Positions 13,271 to 30,741 of a stretch of DNA of 64,000 bases are shown here, piece by piece. Under the pieces are notes generated by a model that was not told where the DNA came from, made no database searches, and saw only the letters and a list, made by a program, of their open reading frames with translations. Each line of letters begins with the position of its first letter. Positions within the stretch are counted from its first letter, which is position 1. The DNA is from Octopus vulgaris (lineage: Eukaryota), in contig OX597827.1 of the NCBI GenBank assembly GCA_951406725.2, positions 28,520,001 to 28,584,000 of the forward strand. The letters run 5' to 3'. Both the position numbers and the translations under genes were made by a program.

Positions 13271-14207
13271 TTTTGCTAGATTGAAGGGGATATTCATCCT
13301 GGTGTGTCTGGGGTGGCATGAATTGAATGGAAGATATTGCTTAGAGTCTGTAGGCTTATAGTATATGTCTGTTTCTATTATATTATTAGCTTTCTTAATG
13401 AGGATATCGAGGAAGGGGAGTTGTTGCTGGCTATATTCCATCGTGAATTGGATGTTTACGTCCAGTCCGTTTAAAATTTCCTGGAATTCTATGAGTTTTT
13501 CTATATTTTTATGCCAAAGAATGAAACAGTCATCTAGATATCTCTTCCAGTTGTTTTCTATGTAGATGGAGAAAGGGCTGCCATATCTTTCTAGAACCTT
13601 ACGATACAGACTGATCTCCAGGTATCCTATGACTAGGTTGGCAAAGGAGGGGGCCATTCGTGTACCCATCGCAGTCCCCGATTTTTGTCGGTAGAAGTTG
13701 TCATTGAAGGCGAAGAAGTTATTTTCCAGGATGAATTTAACCCCTTCTATCACAAATTCTTTTTTGATGCGGTGTGGTAGTTCGTTGGCGTGATTCTCTA
13801 GCCAGAATTGGATTGCCTCTAGTCCTAGGTTGTGGGGGATATTGGAGTAGAGGTTGACTACATCGAAGGATACCAGTATGGTGTTTTTGTTTATAGTATT
13901 CGGTAGGTGATTGAGCATATCTAAGTCGTCCCTTATATAGCTTTTGACATGTTTGAGGAGTGGTTTTAACAGGGTGTCTAAAAAGTTACTGAGGCGGTGG
14001 GTTTCGCATGCGGGACCTGCTATTATGGGTCTCAATTTGAGGTCATTAGGATTAGGGACTTTAATTATTTTGTCTGTAGCTATCTTGCAGGCGTTGCTTA
14101 TTTTTTCACTTTTGTGGATCTTAGGTATACCGTAGAATTGGTTAGTTTTACTTGTGAAATTGGTCATATAATCATATTCTTTGTCGGTGAGCCCTGCTTT
14201 GTATGGG

Positions 14208-14210
<3 letters not shown>
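13271..14210 (-). mobile_element. Penelope-like element RT fragment (Neptune-type), truncated at both ends
   Basis: FYGIPKIHK, RPIIAG, SFDVVNLYSNIP, GTAMGTRMAPSFAN, RYLDD, LPFLDI, YYKPTD..QYL.F.SCHP; ORF C-terminal ~45 aa are SINE read-through. Confidence 0.9.
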
Positions 14211-14238
<28 letters not shown>

Positions 14239-14818
14239 ATGATAAAACTCAGAGCGAGTTATAAACAGTAGCGGTAACACATCGTGACGCGTATTTGCCA
14301 TTTGAATATGGCTAACACCTAAGGGTGGATGCTACTGTAGTTTGTAGCCCCAGGAAGATACCTCCTCCAGCTGGCTATAGATACACTATCTGTGCCCTAT
14401 CAGTATTTGTGAAGGGAAGTGATCCTTCCCGTCTTCAACTTATGATACACAAATGGCAAATATGCGTCACGATGTGTTACCGCTACTGTTTATAACTCGC
14501 TCTGAGATTTATCATTGTTTGATTTCACTTTTTCAATATCAGTGTCAATCGACACTGGAAAAAGTATATGTATTTGTGAGGGAAACTGAATTCTCGTCGA
14601 CAACTATGATTGTCACACGCTGATGATAGGTAAACACCTTGAAACTCGAGTCCGTGTGTATCATAAGTTTAAGACGGGAAGGATCACTTCCCTTCACAAA
14701 TACTGATAGGGCACAGATGGTGTGTCTATAGCCAGCTGGAGGAGGTATCTTCCTGGGGCTACAAACTACAGTAGCATCCACCCTTAGGGGTTAGCCATAT
14801 TCAAATGGCAACTATGCG

Positions 14819-14822
<4 letters not shown>
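14239..14822. mobile_element. Retrozyme-like element locus 1: minus partial (14239-14450) plus a terminally redundant ~352-bp plus-strand unit (14451-14822)
   Basis: aaatggcaa.tatgcgtcac at 14451 and 14803; minus copy reads through that junction; hammerhead; (TA)n on both sides. Confidence 0.85.
14614..14658 (+). ncRNA. Type I hammerhead ribozyme
   Basis: cacacg-CTGATGA-taggtaaacacctt-GAAAC-tcga-GTC-cgtgtg; palindromic ACTCGAGT stem III. Confidence 0.92.
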
Positions 14823-14879
<57 letters not shown>

Positions 14880-15002
14880 CTATTTATCTATCTATCTATA
14901 TATATATATAGATGATATATATATATATATATATATATATATCCATCTATCTATCTATCTGTGTATCTATCCATCTATCTATCTACCTACCTACCTACCT
15001 AC

Positions 15003-15065
<63 letters not shown>

Positions 15066-15159
15066 CCTACCTACATACCTACCTACCTACCTATCTATCT
15101 ATCTATCCATCTATTTATCTATCTATCTATCTCTCGATCTCTCGATCAATCTATCCGTA

Positions 15160-16666
<1,507 letters not shown>

Positions 16667-16672
<6 letters not shown>

Positions 16673-16948
16673 ATGTTACATTACTCGGTAGTCAAGATAA
16701 AACTCTGAGTTTCAGATGCCGAAGTGGAAATCCACAACACCATCTCTTCGGTTATGTGGCTATTTGAAAACGTTATGAAAATAGCCAGATAACCGAAGAG
16801 ATGGTGTTGTGGATTTCCACTTCGGCATCTGAAACTCAGAGTTTTATCTTGACTACCGAGTAATGTAACATATTGTATAGATAAATTTCCTCTATTTACA
16901 TAATATTGAGGTCTCTTTCTTTCTTTTGTTATCTTACCGTTTTATCAA
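16667..16948. mobile_element. Head-to-head inverted element (~99-bp arms, 16667-16765 / 16779-16877) with hammerhead-like motif
   Basis: agataa-CCGAAGA-gatg...catct-GAAAC-tcaga-GTT-ttatct at 16787-16849; (TA)n flanks. Confidence 0.8.
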
Positions 16949-16995
16949 TATATATATATATATATATATATAAATATATATCCATCTATATATCC

Positions 16996-17062
<67 letters not shown>

Positions 17063-17111
17063 CGTGTATCTATCCATCTATCTATCTATCCATCCATCCA
17101 TCCATCTCTCC

Positions 17112-17195
<84 letters not shown>

Positions 17196-17196
<1 letters not shown>

Positions 17197-20100
17197 AGCA
17201 GAAGCGATTAGATACAGCAAAGCACTAGCTATAGATAGAAATAGAGTTGAGGGTGAGCTAGTTAAGAAGCTAGAAGAGGCAATTAGAAGCGGCATCGCAT
17301 CCGACGTTTTGGCGGCGAGGTTGGCCCTCGACCAACACTTCAACGCCAAACACGAAGGATGTGCTGTCAGAGCTAGGATGCGAGCTCTAAGGAACGAAGG
17401 TGTTGGAGCCGCGAGACAGGCCCGGGTGGCAGAGGCGCAACAGGGCAACAAAGCCACCATTCGGTCCCTGGTAGATGAACAGGGGCGCGAATTGCTCGAG
17501 CCAAGTAAAATGTGTGAGGCCTTTCTGCAGCATTTTGCCCGACTGTTCGGGACGAGTGGAGGGCAAGAACGTAGGGTGGACTTCAGTGCCTACCTACATA
17601 GCCTACCACGACTCTCGACAAGAAGGGCAGGGTGCTGCGAAGGTGCCATCACGGCGGCGGAAGTGCAGGAGGCGATGGCAGAATGCTCGAGGGACAAATC
17701 ACCGGGTTTGGATGGTCTACCCTACGAGCTTTACAATTGTATGCCAGACTTGTTTGGAGATCTCTTGGCGGCGGTGTACTGCAACTGGCAGCAAAACGGG
17801 AGCATTCCTGGTTTTGTGAGTCGAGGAGCCGTAACACTGCTGAAGAAAGATCTAAACAAGGGAAATGTAATAGATAACTTTAGGCCCATCACTCTGCTTA
17901 ATGCAGACTTGAAAATTTTGTCCAAGGTGCTAGCCAAGAGGTTGGCGCTTGTCATCGAGAAACTGGTCGACAGGGCGCAAACATGCGCCGTGCCGGGCCG
18001 GACCATCCATGACAACCTCCACCTGATGCGCTACATCATAGACAGGGTAGTTAACGAACCTGGCATGGGTGGGGCGCTGATCAATTTGGATCAATCGAAA
18101 GCTTTCGATAGAGTAGACCATCGATACTTGGAGACGGTCCTCAGAGCGGCAGGCTTCGGTCCCGTCTTCCTCGGCTGGATAGCCGCTTTGTACAGAGGCA
18201 TCCGTTCGGTAATTCGCGTGAATGGACATCTATCGAGACCCTTCGACATCGCACGTTCGGTCCGTCAGGGATGCCCCCTCTCGTCGCTTCTATACGTATT
18301 GACTCTCGAGCCATTATTGCGGAAGCTGGCAACTTTGAGGGGCATCCCGCGAGAACTGGGATGCGGGACGAGCGTGTCTGCATACGCGGACGACGTCACC
18401 GTCATAGTGTCTAGCCAAGACCACATCGAGCAGGTCGGCGAGACACTGAAAAACTACGAAGCGGTGACAGGAGCGAAAATCAACCGGGAAAAGTCAGTGG
18501 GCTTGCGACTAGGCACCTGCAGAAGCAAGCCCATGCCGTCTACCAGCGCTTCCGTCGTGGGACGCTGGACCGACGGCCCGGTTGAGTTGCTCGGGGTCTG
18601 GTTTGGTCCGGACCTCCAAATGGAGGGTGGTCACTCTCGCCCGGCAATGGGCCGAGAGGAAACTGTCCCTAAAAGGTCGGGCGGAGGTGGCGAACACGTA
18701 CATCGCGTCCGTCATCTACTACCACCTGACCGTCGTACCTTGTCCCGACCCTACCATCACCAAACTACAACGCATTCTCTTTCGCTTCTTGTGGAAAGGA
18801 TGCGTCCCGATGGTCAGGCGATCCATTTGCTGTCAACACCCGTTAAAAGGAGGGCTGGGCATGCCGTGGTTGATGATGCGCAGACACGCGCTGAGACTGC
18901 GACATCTCTGGCTCTATGTAGACGACGGTGAACAGGTGTAGTCGCCGTTTGTGAGGCACGCTTTCCCGCAGCTCGTCTCCATGACCGAACTGCAGTCGTG
19001 GATCAAAAAGAGGCCGAGGAAGGGCGATTGGCACCGCGAGTGTCGCGTTGCTCTCAAGCAACTCTGCCGTCCTGGGTTGACCTTGAGTGACTTCAACACA
19101 ACCAAAGCATTCTATAGGGGATTAGTGGAGGGGAGGTACGACGACGAGCTCGGGGCGGACCTGGACGTCGACGAGGAGTACCTGACCCGCCTGTTCAGGA
19201 CGACTTTCGGGCCAGGGCCCATGGACAACTTCCAGAGATCCCTGGCCTGGCAGTGCTACTGAGAAGCGCTACCCGTTCGGGATAAGCTCTACAGACACGG
19301 CTCGAGAAACACGGGGCCGACCTGCCTGAGATGCGGTCAGAGCGACGAAACCGTTCTGCACGCACTCGTGCAGTATCCAACAATTTCCGACCTGTGGGTC
19401 TTATGTCGAACAACTGCTGTCACGTGTGGGACGAGTCGGTTTATCAGCTGAGTCTATCGTCAATATTGTCACGCCTCCTTCCTTCAAACGGGAAGGAAGT
19501 GCTATTTTCATCATGCTTGTGGCTATGGCGAAAGAATGTATCTGGTGGACGCGTCTGAAAGGATTGGAGACAAACACTTTCCTCTCTGGTCAATCTCTCA
19601 TCAACTTCTTCAAGTACCACTTGAAAAGGAAAGTGGGAGTAGAGAGGCAAGTTTTGTCTAGCGAATGTTTTAAAAAAAGATGGGTGAATGTAGCAAGTAT
19701 GGCACGTATGAATGACGAAGCCACCTTGAGCATAATCGTATGAACCCAGAAATTGAAAACAGAGGGTTACCCACTTGCGAACAAATGTGGTAACATATAA
19801 CAATATTTACCAAGGTTACCGTGGTCTTTTTCGTAGGCTTTTCTTCCCACGGATAAACCTTACTTGCTTTCCCCTTTACACCATACATCATGACACTGTG
19901 ATACACGATCCCTATTGATCGTTCTTTTTTTTCCCTCTTCCCCTTTTTTTTCCCCTTTTTTCTTCTTTTTTCATTTCTCTTTCCTTTTGTTCCTTTTCCT
20001 TTTCTTTTTTTTTGTTTTTATTCTTTTTATTTTATTCAATTTTTTTTTGTTTTTGTTCTTTTCTTCCCTTTTACGATCCCTCTTGATTGAAAACCTACGC

Positions 20101-20212
20101 CACCCCCTTTTTTTCTTTTGTTTTTTGTTCTCTTCATCCCCCAAAAGAAAAGCTCTACCTTGTAACTTGTCCCATCTGTGTGCAGCCCTGTGTGGCCAAT
20201 AAAGAAACTTAG
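17196..20212 (+). mobile_element. 5'-truncated L1/Tx1-clade LINE family 1 (copy B), ORF2 RT with frameshifts and stops
   Basis: KSPGLDG, NFRPITLLNADLKI, LDQSKAFDRVDH, VRQGCPLS, YADD, PLKGGLGMP; (ATCT)n at both ends. Confidence 0.95.
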
Positions 20213-20247
<35 letters not shown>

Positions 20248-20460
20248 ACTATCTATCTGTCTGTCTGTCTATTGATCAATCCTTCCTTCAATCTATCCAG
20301 CTATCTATTCATCCATCCATCCATTATATCCATCCATCAATTTATTCATCCATCATCTATCCATCTCTCTATCGATCTCTCGATCCATCTATCCGTCTAT
20401 CTGCCTGTCTATGTGTCTGTCTGTCTTGCTGCTTTTCATTCTGCTTATTTTCTATATATC

Positions 20461-20514
<54 letters not shown>

Positions 20515-20849
20515 TGTATATATATATATATATATATATAATACCAGTCTGCAATGGTACAACGATGCAGACTGGACCATAATCACTGTTAGAAATAATC
20601 TAATCATTCATAGTCTAATATTTCGGAATTAAAAACTTCTTCCTTCAGAGATTGCTAAGATGTAACACAATTGCTGTAACAGTCGGTTTTCTTCTAACGG
20701 TTACCGAAATCTGTCAGAAGCGTTTATGTAATGGTCTCACGAAGCCCTTTCTGGAATTCCTTATGAGAAGTGCGTGAATGTAGTCATGTCTTAAGCTCGT
20801 GTGTGTTGGCATATTCGTAGCGCTTTTTCCAAGCTAGAAGTGCCTCTAT

Positions 20850-22140
20850 ATAAAATATCCCGGTTCCTTTCCCACATCCTGAAACCCGTACTCTTCACCT
20901 TTCGAAGAAGTCATCAAAAGTCTTCGCCAACTGTCCCCAAACCATCTGAAACGAAACAGATATGCCTTTAGTCTTGATGTTTTCTAAATTTACACAACGG
21001 TACTAGCACACTGGGAGGTCAACCTATTGGCTAACTGCATAGTAGCGTCCGACAACAACTCTTCGGACTCACTACAGCTGATATACATCAAGTATTGTCC
21101 ATCATCGTGGACAACACCTAATTATATTTCCCTGATCACACCTACATCGAAACAAAATGTCTCACCATGGGATCCAGTCTCTCGCGCCTACTGACCATCA
21201 CCTATATAAACCATCTGGAAAGTCGAGCACTCAACATCTGTCACTCATGCGCCTTCTGCACCAGATACGTAGTTGACACCCTCATAATCACATCCTTTCA
21301 TGAAGAGGCCGACAAAATATTCACGACGTTCAACAACATGGATATGAATATACGGTTCACTAAAGATCATCTCAACAGCACAGGACCCATATAGCTGCTC
21401 GACTTCCAACTGAAAATAACGGAAGAAGGAGAGATTCACACCGAGTTATACAGGAAAGCAGCCATTAGAGATATGTTTGTTCACTACAATTCAGCCCTTC
21501 CACTCGGTGCCAGTATAGGTTACGTCAGAAATGAGCTTACACGCATCCAAAGCAAGGGCAGCAGAACAGAGGACAAGGTAACCCACACTACAGGCTTCCT
21601 AGAGTTGAAAACCAACGGGTGCCATATATCCACTGTGAATCGGCTTAAACACGCCAAACACGCAGAAAACCCAGCAACACATGTTTCTTTAAAATACCCC
21701 CATTTTAGCGAGAGGATAACTACAGTGATCCGAAGAGCCACAAGAAGAGAAGGGTTAGACATACAATTAGCTCACTCCGGCCCCTCTCTGAGAAGATACC
21801 TAGCAAAGAAACTATGAAAGAGACAGCAATCAGTGCACACTAGCTAACTGCCGCATCCGTGACACAGATTTATGCCAACGCGTACATGTTGTATATCGAA
21901 TCCAATGTAACAGATGCAACAACAATGCCATTACACATTTGCATCAAAGGACATCTAAGTACAGGAGATTCCACTTTCACAAAACACCTAGACAGATGCC
22001 GGAACACCTACAAAAACATAAGTCACAACTGAGTCCAATGACAGAAATTTAGGAAATTTAAGAATTAAGGAGGCTTTGCTTATAGGCAGACTAGAGCCCC
22101 AAATTAGCAACAAGTTGGAAATCAACATTTTATTTACATT
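20850..22140 (+). pseudogene. Degraded Penelope-like element (RT, thumb and GIY-YIG)
   Basis: MGSSLS..RYVVD (from MGSPLS/RYVDD), LLDF..TELYRK, VVYRIQC.RC, KEALLI..L.P. Confidence 0.75.
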
Positions 22141-22459
22141 ATAAAATTAATTTTATAATGCAATTTATTTACATTTATAAAATTAACGTTTTATCTAACA
22201 ACATCGATACCCTGCACACACGATGGTAACATGCTTGTATAACAAAACAATATATAAAAATGCATAAGTAATACATAACTTGAAAACAATGCTACGAATA
22301 TGCCAACACACACGAGCTCACGACCTGACTACTCTCATGCACTTCTCGTGAGAAATTCCGGAAAGAAATTCGTAAGATCATTACAAGAACGCTTCCGACA
22401 GATTTCAGTAGCTGTTATAAGAATAAGAAAACCGACTATAACAGTGACTACGTTATTAA

Positions 22460-22602
22460 CATTATTTACAATTGACGGATATTTGTCCTCATTTTGTTTG
22501 TTGTCAATACAACGTTTCGGCTGATATACCCTCCAAGCCTTCGTCAGGTGTCTTGGAAAATTTTCGAACCTGGTGTCTCATTCCTAAGGTATTTTTCTAT
22601 GC
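22460..22602 (-). mobile_element. Short hammerhead-bearing element next to (ATT)n
   Basis: Minus: gacac-CTGACGA-aggct...agcc-GAAAC-GTT-gtatt (22506-22552); inverted diverged copy at 26080-26228. Confidence 0.65.
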
Positions 22603-22622
22603 TATTATTATTATTATTATTA

Positions 22623-25571
<2,949 letters not shown>

Positions 25572-25602
25572 ATTATTATTATTATTACTATTATTATTAT
25601 TA

Positions 25603-25642
<40 letters not shown>

Positions 25643-25755
25643 TACTATTAGTATTATTATTATTATTATTGCTGGTGTTGTTGTTGTTGTTGTTGTTGTT
25701 GTTATTATTATTATTATTATTATTACTATTGCTATTACTATTACTATTATTATTA

Positions 25756-25798
<43 letters not shown>

Positions 25799-25829
25799 AA
25801 TTATTATTATTATTATCATTATCATTATA

Positions 25830-25864
<35 letters not shown>

Positions 25865-25875
25865 CATTATAATTA

Positions 25876-25934
<59 letters not shown>

Positions 25935-25950
25935 GTTATCGTTATTATTA

Positions 25951-25984
<34 letters not shown>

Positions 25985-26024
25985 CATTATTATTATTATC
26001 ATTATTATTATTATTATTATTATC

Positions 26025-26051
<27 letters not shown>
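25572..26051. repeat. (ATT/ATC)n microsatellite
   Basis: ~480-bp trinucleotide tract. Confidence 0.95.
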
Positions 26052-26055
<4 letters not shown>

Positions 26056-26079
26056 CCACTGCCAGGAATAATAACAATA

Positions 26080-26228
26080 ATAACATCGAAGAATTCCATA
26101 GCAATGAGAACCAAGGTTCGAAATTTCTCCAACACACCTGACGGAGGCTTGAACGTATATCAGCCGAAATGTTAATAACAAACAAAATGAGGACAAATAT
26201 CCGTCAAATGTAAATAACGTAAATAATG
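26080..26228 (+). mobile_element. Diverged copy of the 22460-22602 hammerhead element
   Basis: cacac-CTGACGG-aggct..agcc-GAAAT-GTT; shared aaaatgaggacaaatatccgtcaa. Confidence 0.65.
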
Positions 26229-26231
26229 TCT

Positions 26232-27000
26232 CACTTTAGGTCTCACTGAGGAAATGACTAGAGAACTAGAGACCGAGACCTCTGGAAGTATGCTGTGCGT
26301 GAGACGACCCGGCAGGACAAGTGAGACCATAACCCGTGGCCTTCTACATGGGATGTAGCCAGCCCACTTATGCATACCTTCCCTTCTTGGGACACAAAAC
26401 TCTACTTGTGAAGACCTGTTGAGGCAAGTGAGAATCAGAATCGAAATCGATCAATGGAAATTGCAGCTGAGTTACCAGTGCCGGTGGCACGTAAGAGAAC
26501 CATCCGAACGTGGCCGTTGCCAGCGCCGCCCCGACTGGCCTCGTGCCGGTGGCACGTAAAAGGTACCATCCGTTCGTGGCCGTTGCTAGCGCCGCCCCGA
26601 ATGGCCTCGTGCCGGTGGCACGTAAAAAGCACCATCCGTTCGTGGCCGTTGCCAGCCTCGCCTGGCCCCCGTGCCGGTAGCACGTAAAAAGCACCATCCG
26701 TTCGTGGCCGTTGCCAGCCTCGCCTGGCTCCCGTGCCGGTGGGACATAAAAAGCACCATCCGATCGTGGCCGTTGCCAGCCTCGCCTGGCCCCCGTGCCG
26801 GTGGCACATAAAAAGAACCATCCGATCGTGGCCGTTTGCCAGACTCGTCTGGCACCTGTGCCGGTGGCACGTAAAAAGCACCCACTACACTCATGGAGTG
26901 GTTGGCGTCTGGAAGGGCATCCATCCGTAGAAACATTGCCGGATCAAACTGAGCCTGGTGCAGCCTTCTGGCTTCCCAGACCTCAGTTGAACTGTCCATT
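26232..27000 (+). mobile_element. RTE-clade LINE 3' end with long 3' UTR
   Basis: LGLTEEMTR..DRDLWKYAVRE.TRQDK*; ggttggcgt.ggaagggcatcca motif typical of RTE UTRs. Confidence 0.6.
26478..26882 (+). repeat. GC-rich minisatellite, ~6.4 units of 61-65 bp
   Basis: Unit gtgccggtggcacgtaaaaagcaccatccgttcgtggccgttgccagcc... Confidence 0.9.
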
Positions 27001-27030
27001 CTATCAATAGCACATTGATAGAATGGAAAG

Positions 27031-27800
27031 ATTAAAAATTGTGGTAGTAGTTGCTTTGCGCATTTCTCAATATGCTCACTAAAGGGTATCATTCTGTATT
27101 CAGGGAATGCAATCTGTTGTCGATGCAGAGTGCATCTACGTCTGAGTGATAGTCCCGTGGACCCCACGTAGTTTTGGTGGCAGCCCGAGCACCTTATGAC
27201 ATAAATTATGTTTTCAGAAGCACAAGTAAAATTAGATTTGATCTTGAATTTTTGTCCCTACGTGGGGTCCACAGGACTATCACTCAGACGTAGATGCACT
27301 CTGCATCGACAACAGATAGCATTCCCAGAATACAGAATGATACCCTGTAGTGAGCATATTGAGAAAGGCGCAAAGCAACTACTACCACAAATTTTAATAT
27401 TTCCACACCAACACAAATTAGATTAAACAAGGAAACATTCTTCATTGAAAAATATAAGCCCAAACTTAACCACTCTAACATTCTTATACAGAGATACTCA
27501 CCCCATTAAATAAAGGGAAAAGAAATATAAAGCGATTATCTCCCTTATACCGGACGAAATCGCTTATTACCTCCTCCTACCTGGAACTCTTCTTTGCACT
27601 TCATAACGAAGACATAACACGATGCAGGTAATGACACTTGAGAAATTTGAAAAGTTAACACGAAACCGGTAATTTCTTCAAAAACTATGTTACTCTAAGT
27701 TACTGTATGAAAAAATTTTATAATATTCTTCCAACATAATGACTCAAATATATTCTTTAACCTTATAAAACAAGCTTTCTGTAGTTTTTTCACTTTTTAC
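27031..27800 (+). mobile_element. Penelope-like 3' fragment (GIY-YIG) with inverted 5' segment (27031-27171 mirrors 27258-27398) and degenerate hammerhead
   Basis: YVGSTGLSLRRRCTLHRQQI..SEHI..RLNKETFFIEKYKPKLN; agaaat-TTGAAAA-gttaacac-GAAAC-cg-GTA-atttct at 27641-27677. Confidence 0.8.
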
Positions 27801-27805
27801 TATTT

Positions 27806-27865
<60 letters not shown>

Positions 27866-27867
<2 letters not shown>

Positions 27868-28041
27868 GTTAATCCAAACATGAAAACACAAAGAGAAAAC
27901 ACAACAACGCGAGGACGTGGAACAAGTGTAGTGTTATTGGACGTTCAGGAAGGAAAGAAAGAAGAGGATTTAACTTTTCGAGCGGAGCTCTTCGTCAGAA
28001 ACGTAGAAAAAGGAAAGATCCAAGGAAGCGAAGATGGAGGA
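27866..28041 (-). mobile_element. Minimal-hammerhead ~200-bp element
   Basis: Minus: ttt-CTGACGA-agagctccgctc-GAAAA-GTT-aaa; family of 4239-4445. Confidence 0.75.
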
Positions 28042-28189
28042 AATATATATATATATATATATATATATAGGGGAGAGAGATGAATGTAAATAAAATATGC
28101 AAATGGCTATGACTTAGTAATCCATACGGCTTTTAGGTTAACAATAAATTTAGATAAAACTGTTGTTATTTTTCAACCAGCTTCCAACA

Positions 28190-29020
28190 TATTATGAACC
28201 TGAACTTTGTAGATAATGTTACTTATCTTGGAAGTGCGCAGAATCTTTAAATGATGAAATTGCGAATCATCTTCAAAAAGTATTTCAATCTTTCGTGAAT
28301 ATTGAAGGGCAATTTTAGTTTAATAGGTATATTACCAAAAAACGCAAAATGTTACTATGTACAGGGCTAGTTACTTTCCTCCCTTCCATTCCACGTGTGA
28401 GACCTGGATAGTGTATAGGAAGCTCATCAGATTACTACAGTGATTTCATCAGTGATGTCTGCACTCTATACAAAAAAAATCAAATGGTGGCACACTGTAC
28501 CAGATTCTGAAGTACTTAACTGTTGATGGCATTAAATCTGAAATTCATCGACACAGAATTCGCTGGACTGGTCATCTGATAATGGAATCTGATCAACGCA
28601 TGCTCAAACAGTTATATGATCAGATAAAAGGAGCAAAGTGGCCTCAATGTAAACCAAAAATGAACTGGAAACTTCAAAACGATACAATCAAACTGGGAGT
28701 GTTGCAATGGAGCGACCAAAATGGAGGAGAAAATATCGAGAAGTTACTGCCTTGTTTGCAAATAATAAACAGAAACATGCACGGATGAAATTAGAAGCAA
28801 GAAATAGTTTGCTTGTGGCCAATGATTCCACTTACCACACAATGATCCTTCTATCTTAACTGCAACCGTATTGGTCCCTCTTCAGCTGGACTACTCAATC
28901 ATAATCGAGACTCCACTCACATTTGACAATCACGATTCGATGTATTACTTTGTTCTGACTGCAATAAGTTCTGCAGAAGTAAATCTGAGACGTCAACTCT
29001 CATGAAACGTCACCATAAGA
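28190..29020 (+). pseudogene. Degraded RTE (BovB-like) LINE 3' fragment
   Basis: V..VTYLGS, CETWIVYR, FHQ.CL, VPDSEVL, RIRWTGHLI, QRMLKQLY. Confidence 0.7.
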
Positions 29021-29284
29021 GTTTCGAGCGACGTCTTTACAAAGGAATGAAAGCATTTTCATATCGTCCATTGAAAAACATTTGTAAAAAGACTCATGTT
29101 CGGTCACACAACATGCAGACAATCTCTAACTATCTTGTAATGTTAAACTGTAAAGATTCATATCCATCGATTTTGCCAGTGAATTTGTGTTTTGTTTTAA
29201 ATTAGTTTGGCGCCTCAGTGTATGTAATATGTCAGTACTGGCGTTGAGAAGAGTCATACTGGGCTCATGAGTCGACAGTAATCA

Positions 29285-29374
<90 letters not shown>

Positions 29375-29486
29375 TAAATATACATATACACACACACACA
29401 TATGTATAAATACACGTGATCCAGCATGGCCGCAGTCAAATGACTGAACAAATAAAAGAATAAAAGAATACACACACACACACACC

Positions 29487-29524
<38 letters not shown>

Positions 29525-29989
29525 CACATATATATATATATACAAATACATATGTACATACATGTATATATATATATCTATTTATAAAACTGAAATGCGA
29601 AAAGTTTGTTTGTTTGTTTGACTCGACCGCTTGGCCCGCTTTCAACGCCACTAGATCCCGTCGGATTGACTCCAAAATTTACAGGGACATGTAAAATGAG
29701 GTGAGGATGCCCGTGGGCTACATTACATATCCCTATCTTAAAAGGTGTTGTTGCTAGGGCCAAAAACCCACTTTGACAAATCCACTCTCAGTCTTTTATG
29801 TATCTGTCTTCCTCACTCACTCACTCTATTTCCTCCCTTCCCATCACTTTCTATATATAACGTCGATTCGTCAAACGGCGTTCTACAGCGCTTTCACACT
29901 CTCTCTCTCTCTACACGTCTGTCTGCATTCATACAGACAATTATCATCGACATCACCACCACACAGGTTTGGGTGGCCGCACAGCTACA

Positions 29990-30741
29990 GTTAGACAACG
30001 GTTAATAACATTCGATGTTGATAATGCCTGGATTGTTCCATTCAACCCTTTGCTTTCCAAAACTTTTAATGCACACATTAATGTTGAGTACTGCAGTTCG
30101 GTAAGATGCATACAATACATCTGCAAGTACATTAATAAGGGCGATGATATGGCCTTGTTTGTGTTCAGTGATGAAGACCTTAGACATGACGAAATTAAAC
30201 AATTCGTTTTGAGTAGGTATCCTCCAATTATGCAGCGTGGCGCATTTTTCGATACGAGATTCATCTAAGCTCACCATCAGTTTTCCACCTGAATGTTCAT
30301 TTACAGAAGAGGCAGCTGGTTTACTTCACAGAGAAAAATGCACGCCAAGTCATTGAAAATCCAAAAGGGACTACGCTTACAGCGTTTTTTAAATTGTGTT
30401 CAGTTGATGACTTTGCTGCTACTCTCATTTACCCTGAAGTACCGGAATATTACATATACAACGACAATAATTGGAAGCGCAGGTCACATGGAACAGAACT
30501 TGACAATTGGCCCGGTGTTTCTAGGAAGAACGTCATTGGGCGTGTGTATAAAATTCATCCTACCAAAAAGGAAAACTTCTTTTTGAGAATGCTGCTTCAT
30601 GTAGTTACTGGACCGAAGTCTTTTGGTAATCTTCGCACGGCTGATGGTATCATCTGCGCCACTTACAGGGAAGCATGTTTGAGGCGCGGACTACTTGTCA
30701 ATGACGACCACTTACACAGGACATTAGCAGAGGCCTCAAAA
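29990..30741 (+). mobile_element. Helitron Rep/Helicase fragment (frameshifted)
   Basis: DNAWIVPFNPLLSKTFNAHINVEYCSSVRCIQYICKYINKGDD..DEIKQF..SRY; IGRVY.IHP..ENFFLRMLLHVVTGPKSF.NLRTADG..CATYREACLRRGLL. Confidence 0.92.

Noticed and set aside
14545-14781. Recurrent small ORF MDATVVCSPRKI... (also 47519, 52453, 52528)
   Set aside because: Antisense to the hammerhead, GTG start, variable ends; a by-product of the repeat
26478-26882. CRISPR-like periodic array
   Set aside because: Whole units are similar with no unique spacers, there are no cas genes, and the context is eukaryotic; it is a minisatellite
29578-29790. Possible Helitron/Helentron terminal sequence
   Set aside because: Only a vague resemblance; no clear terminal hairpin or boundary could be identified
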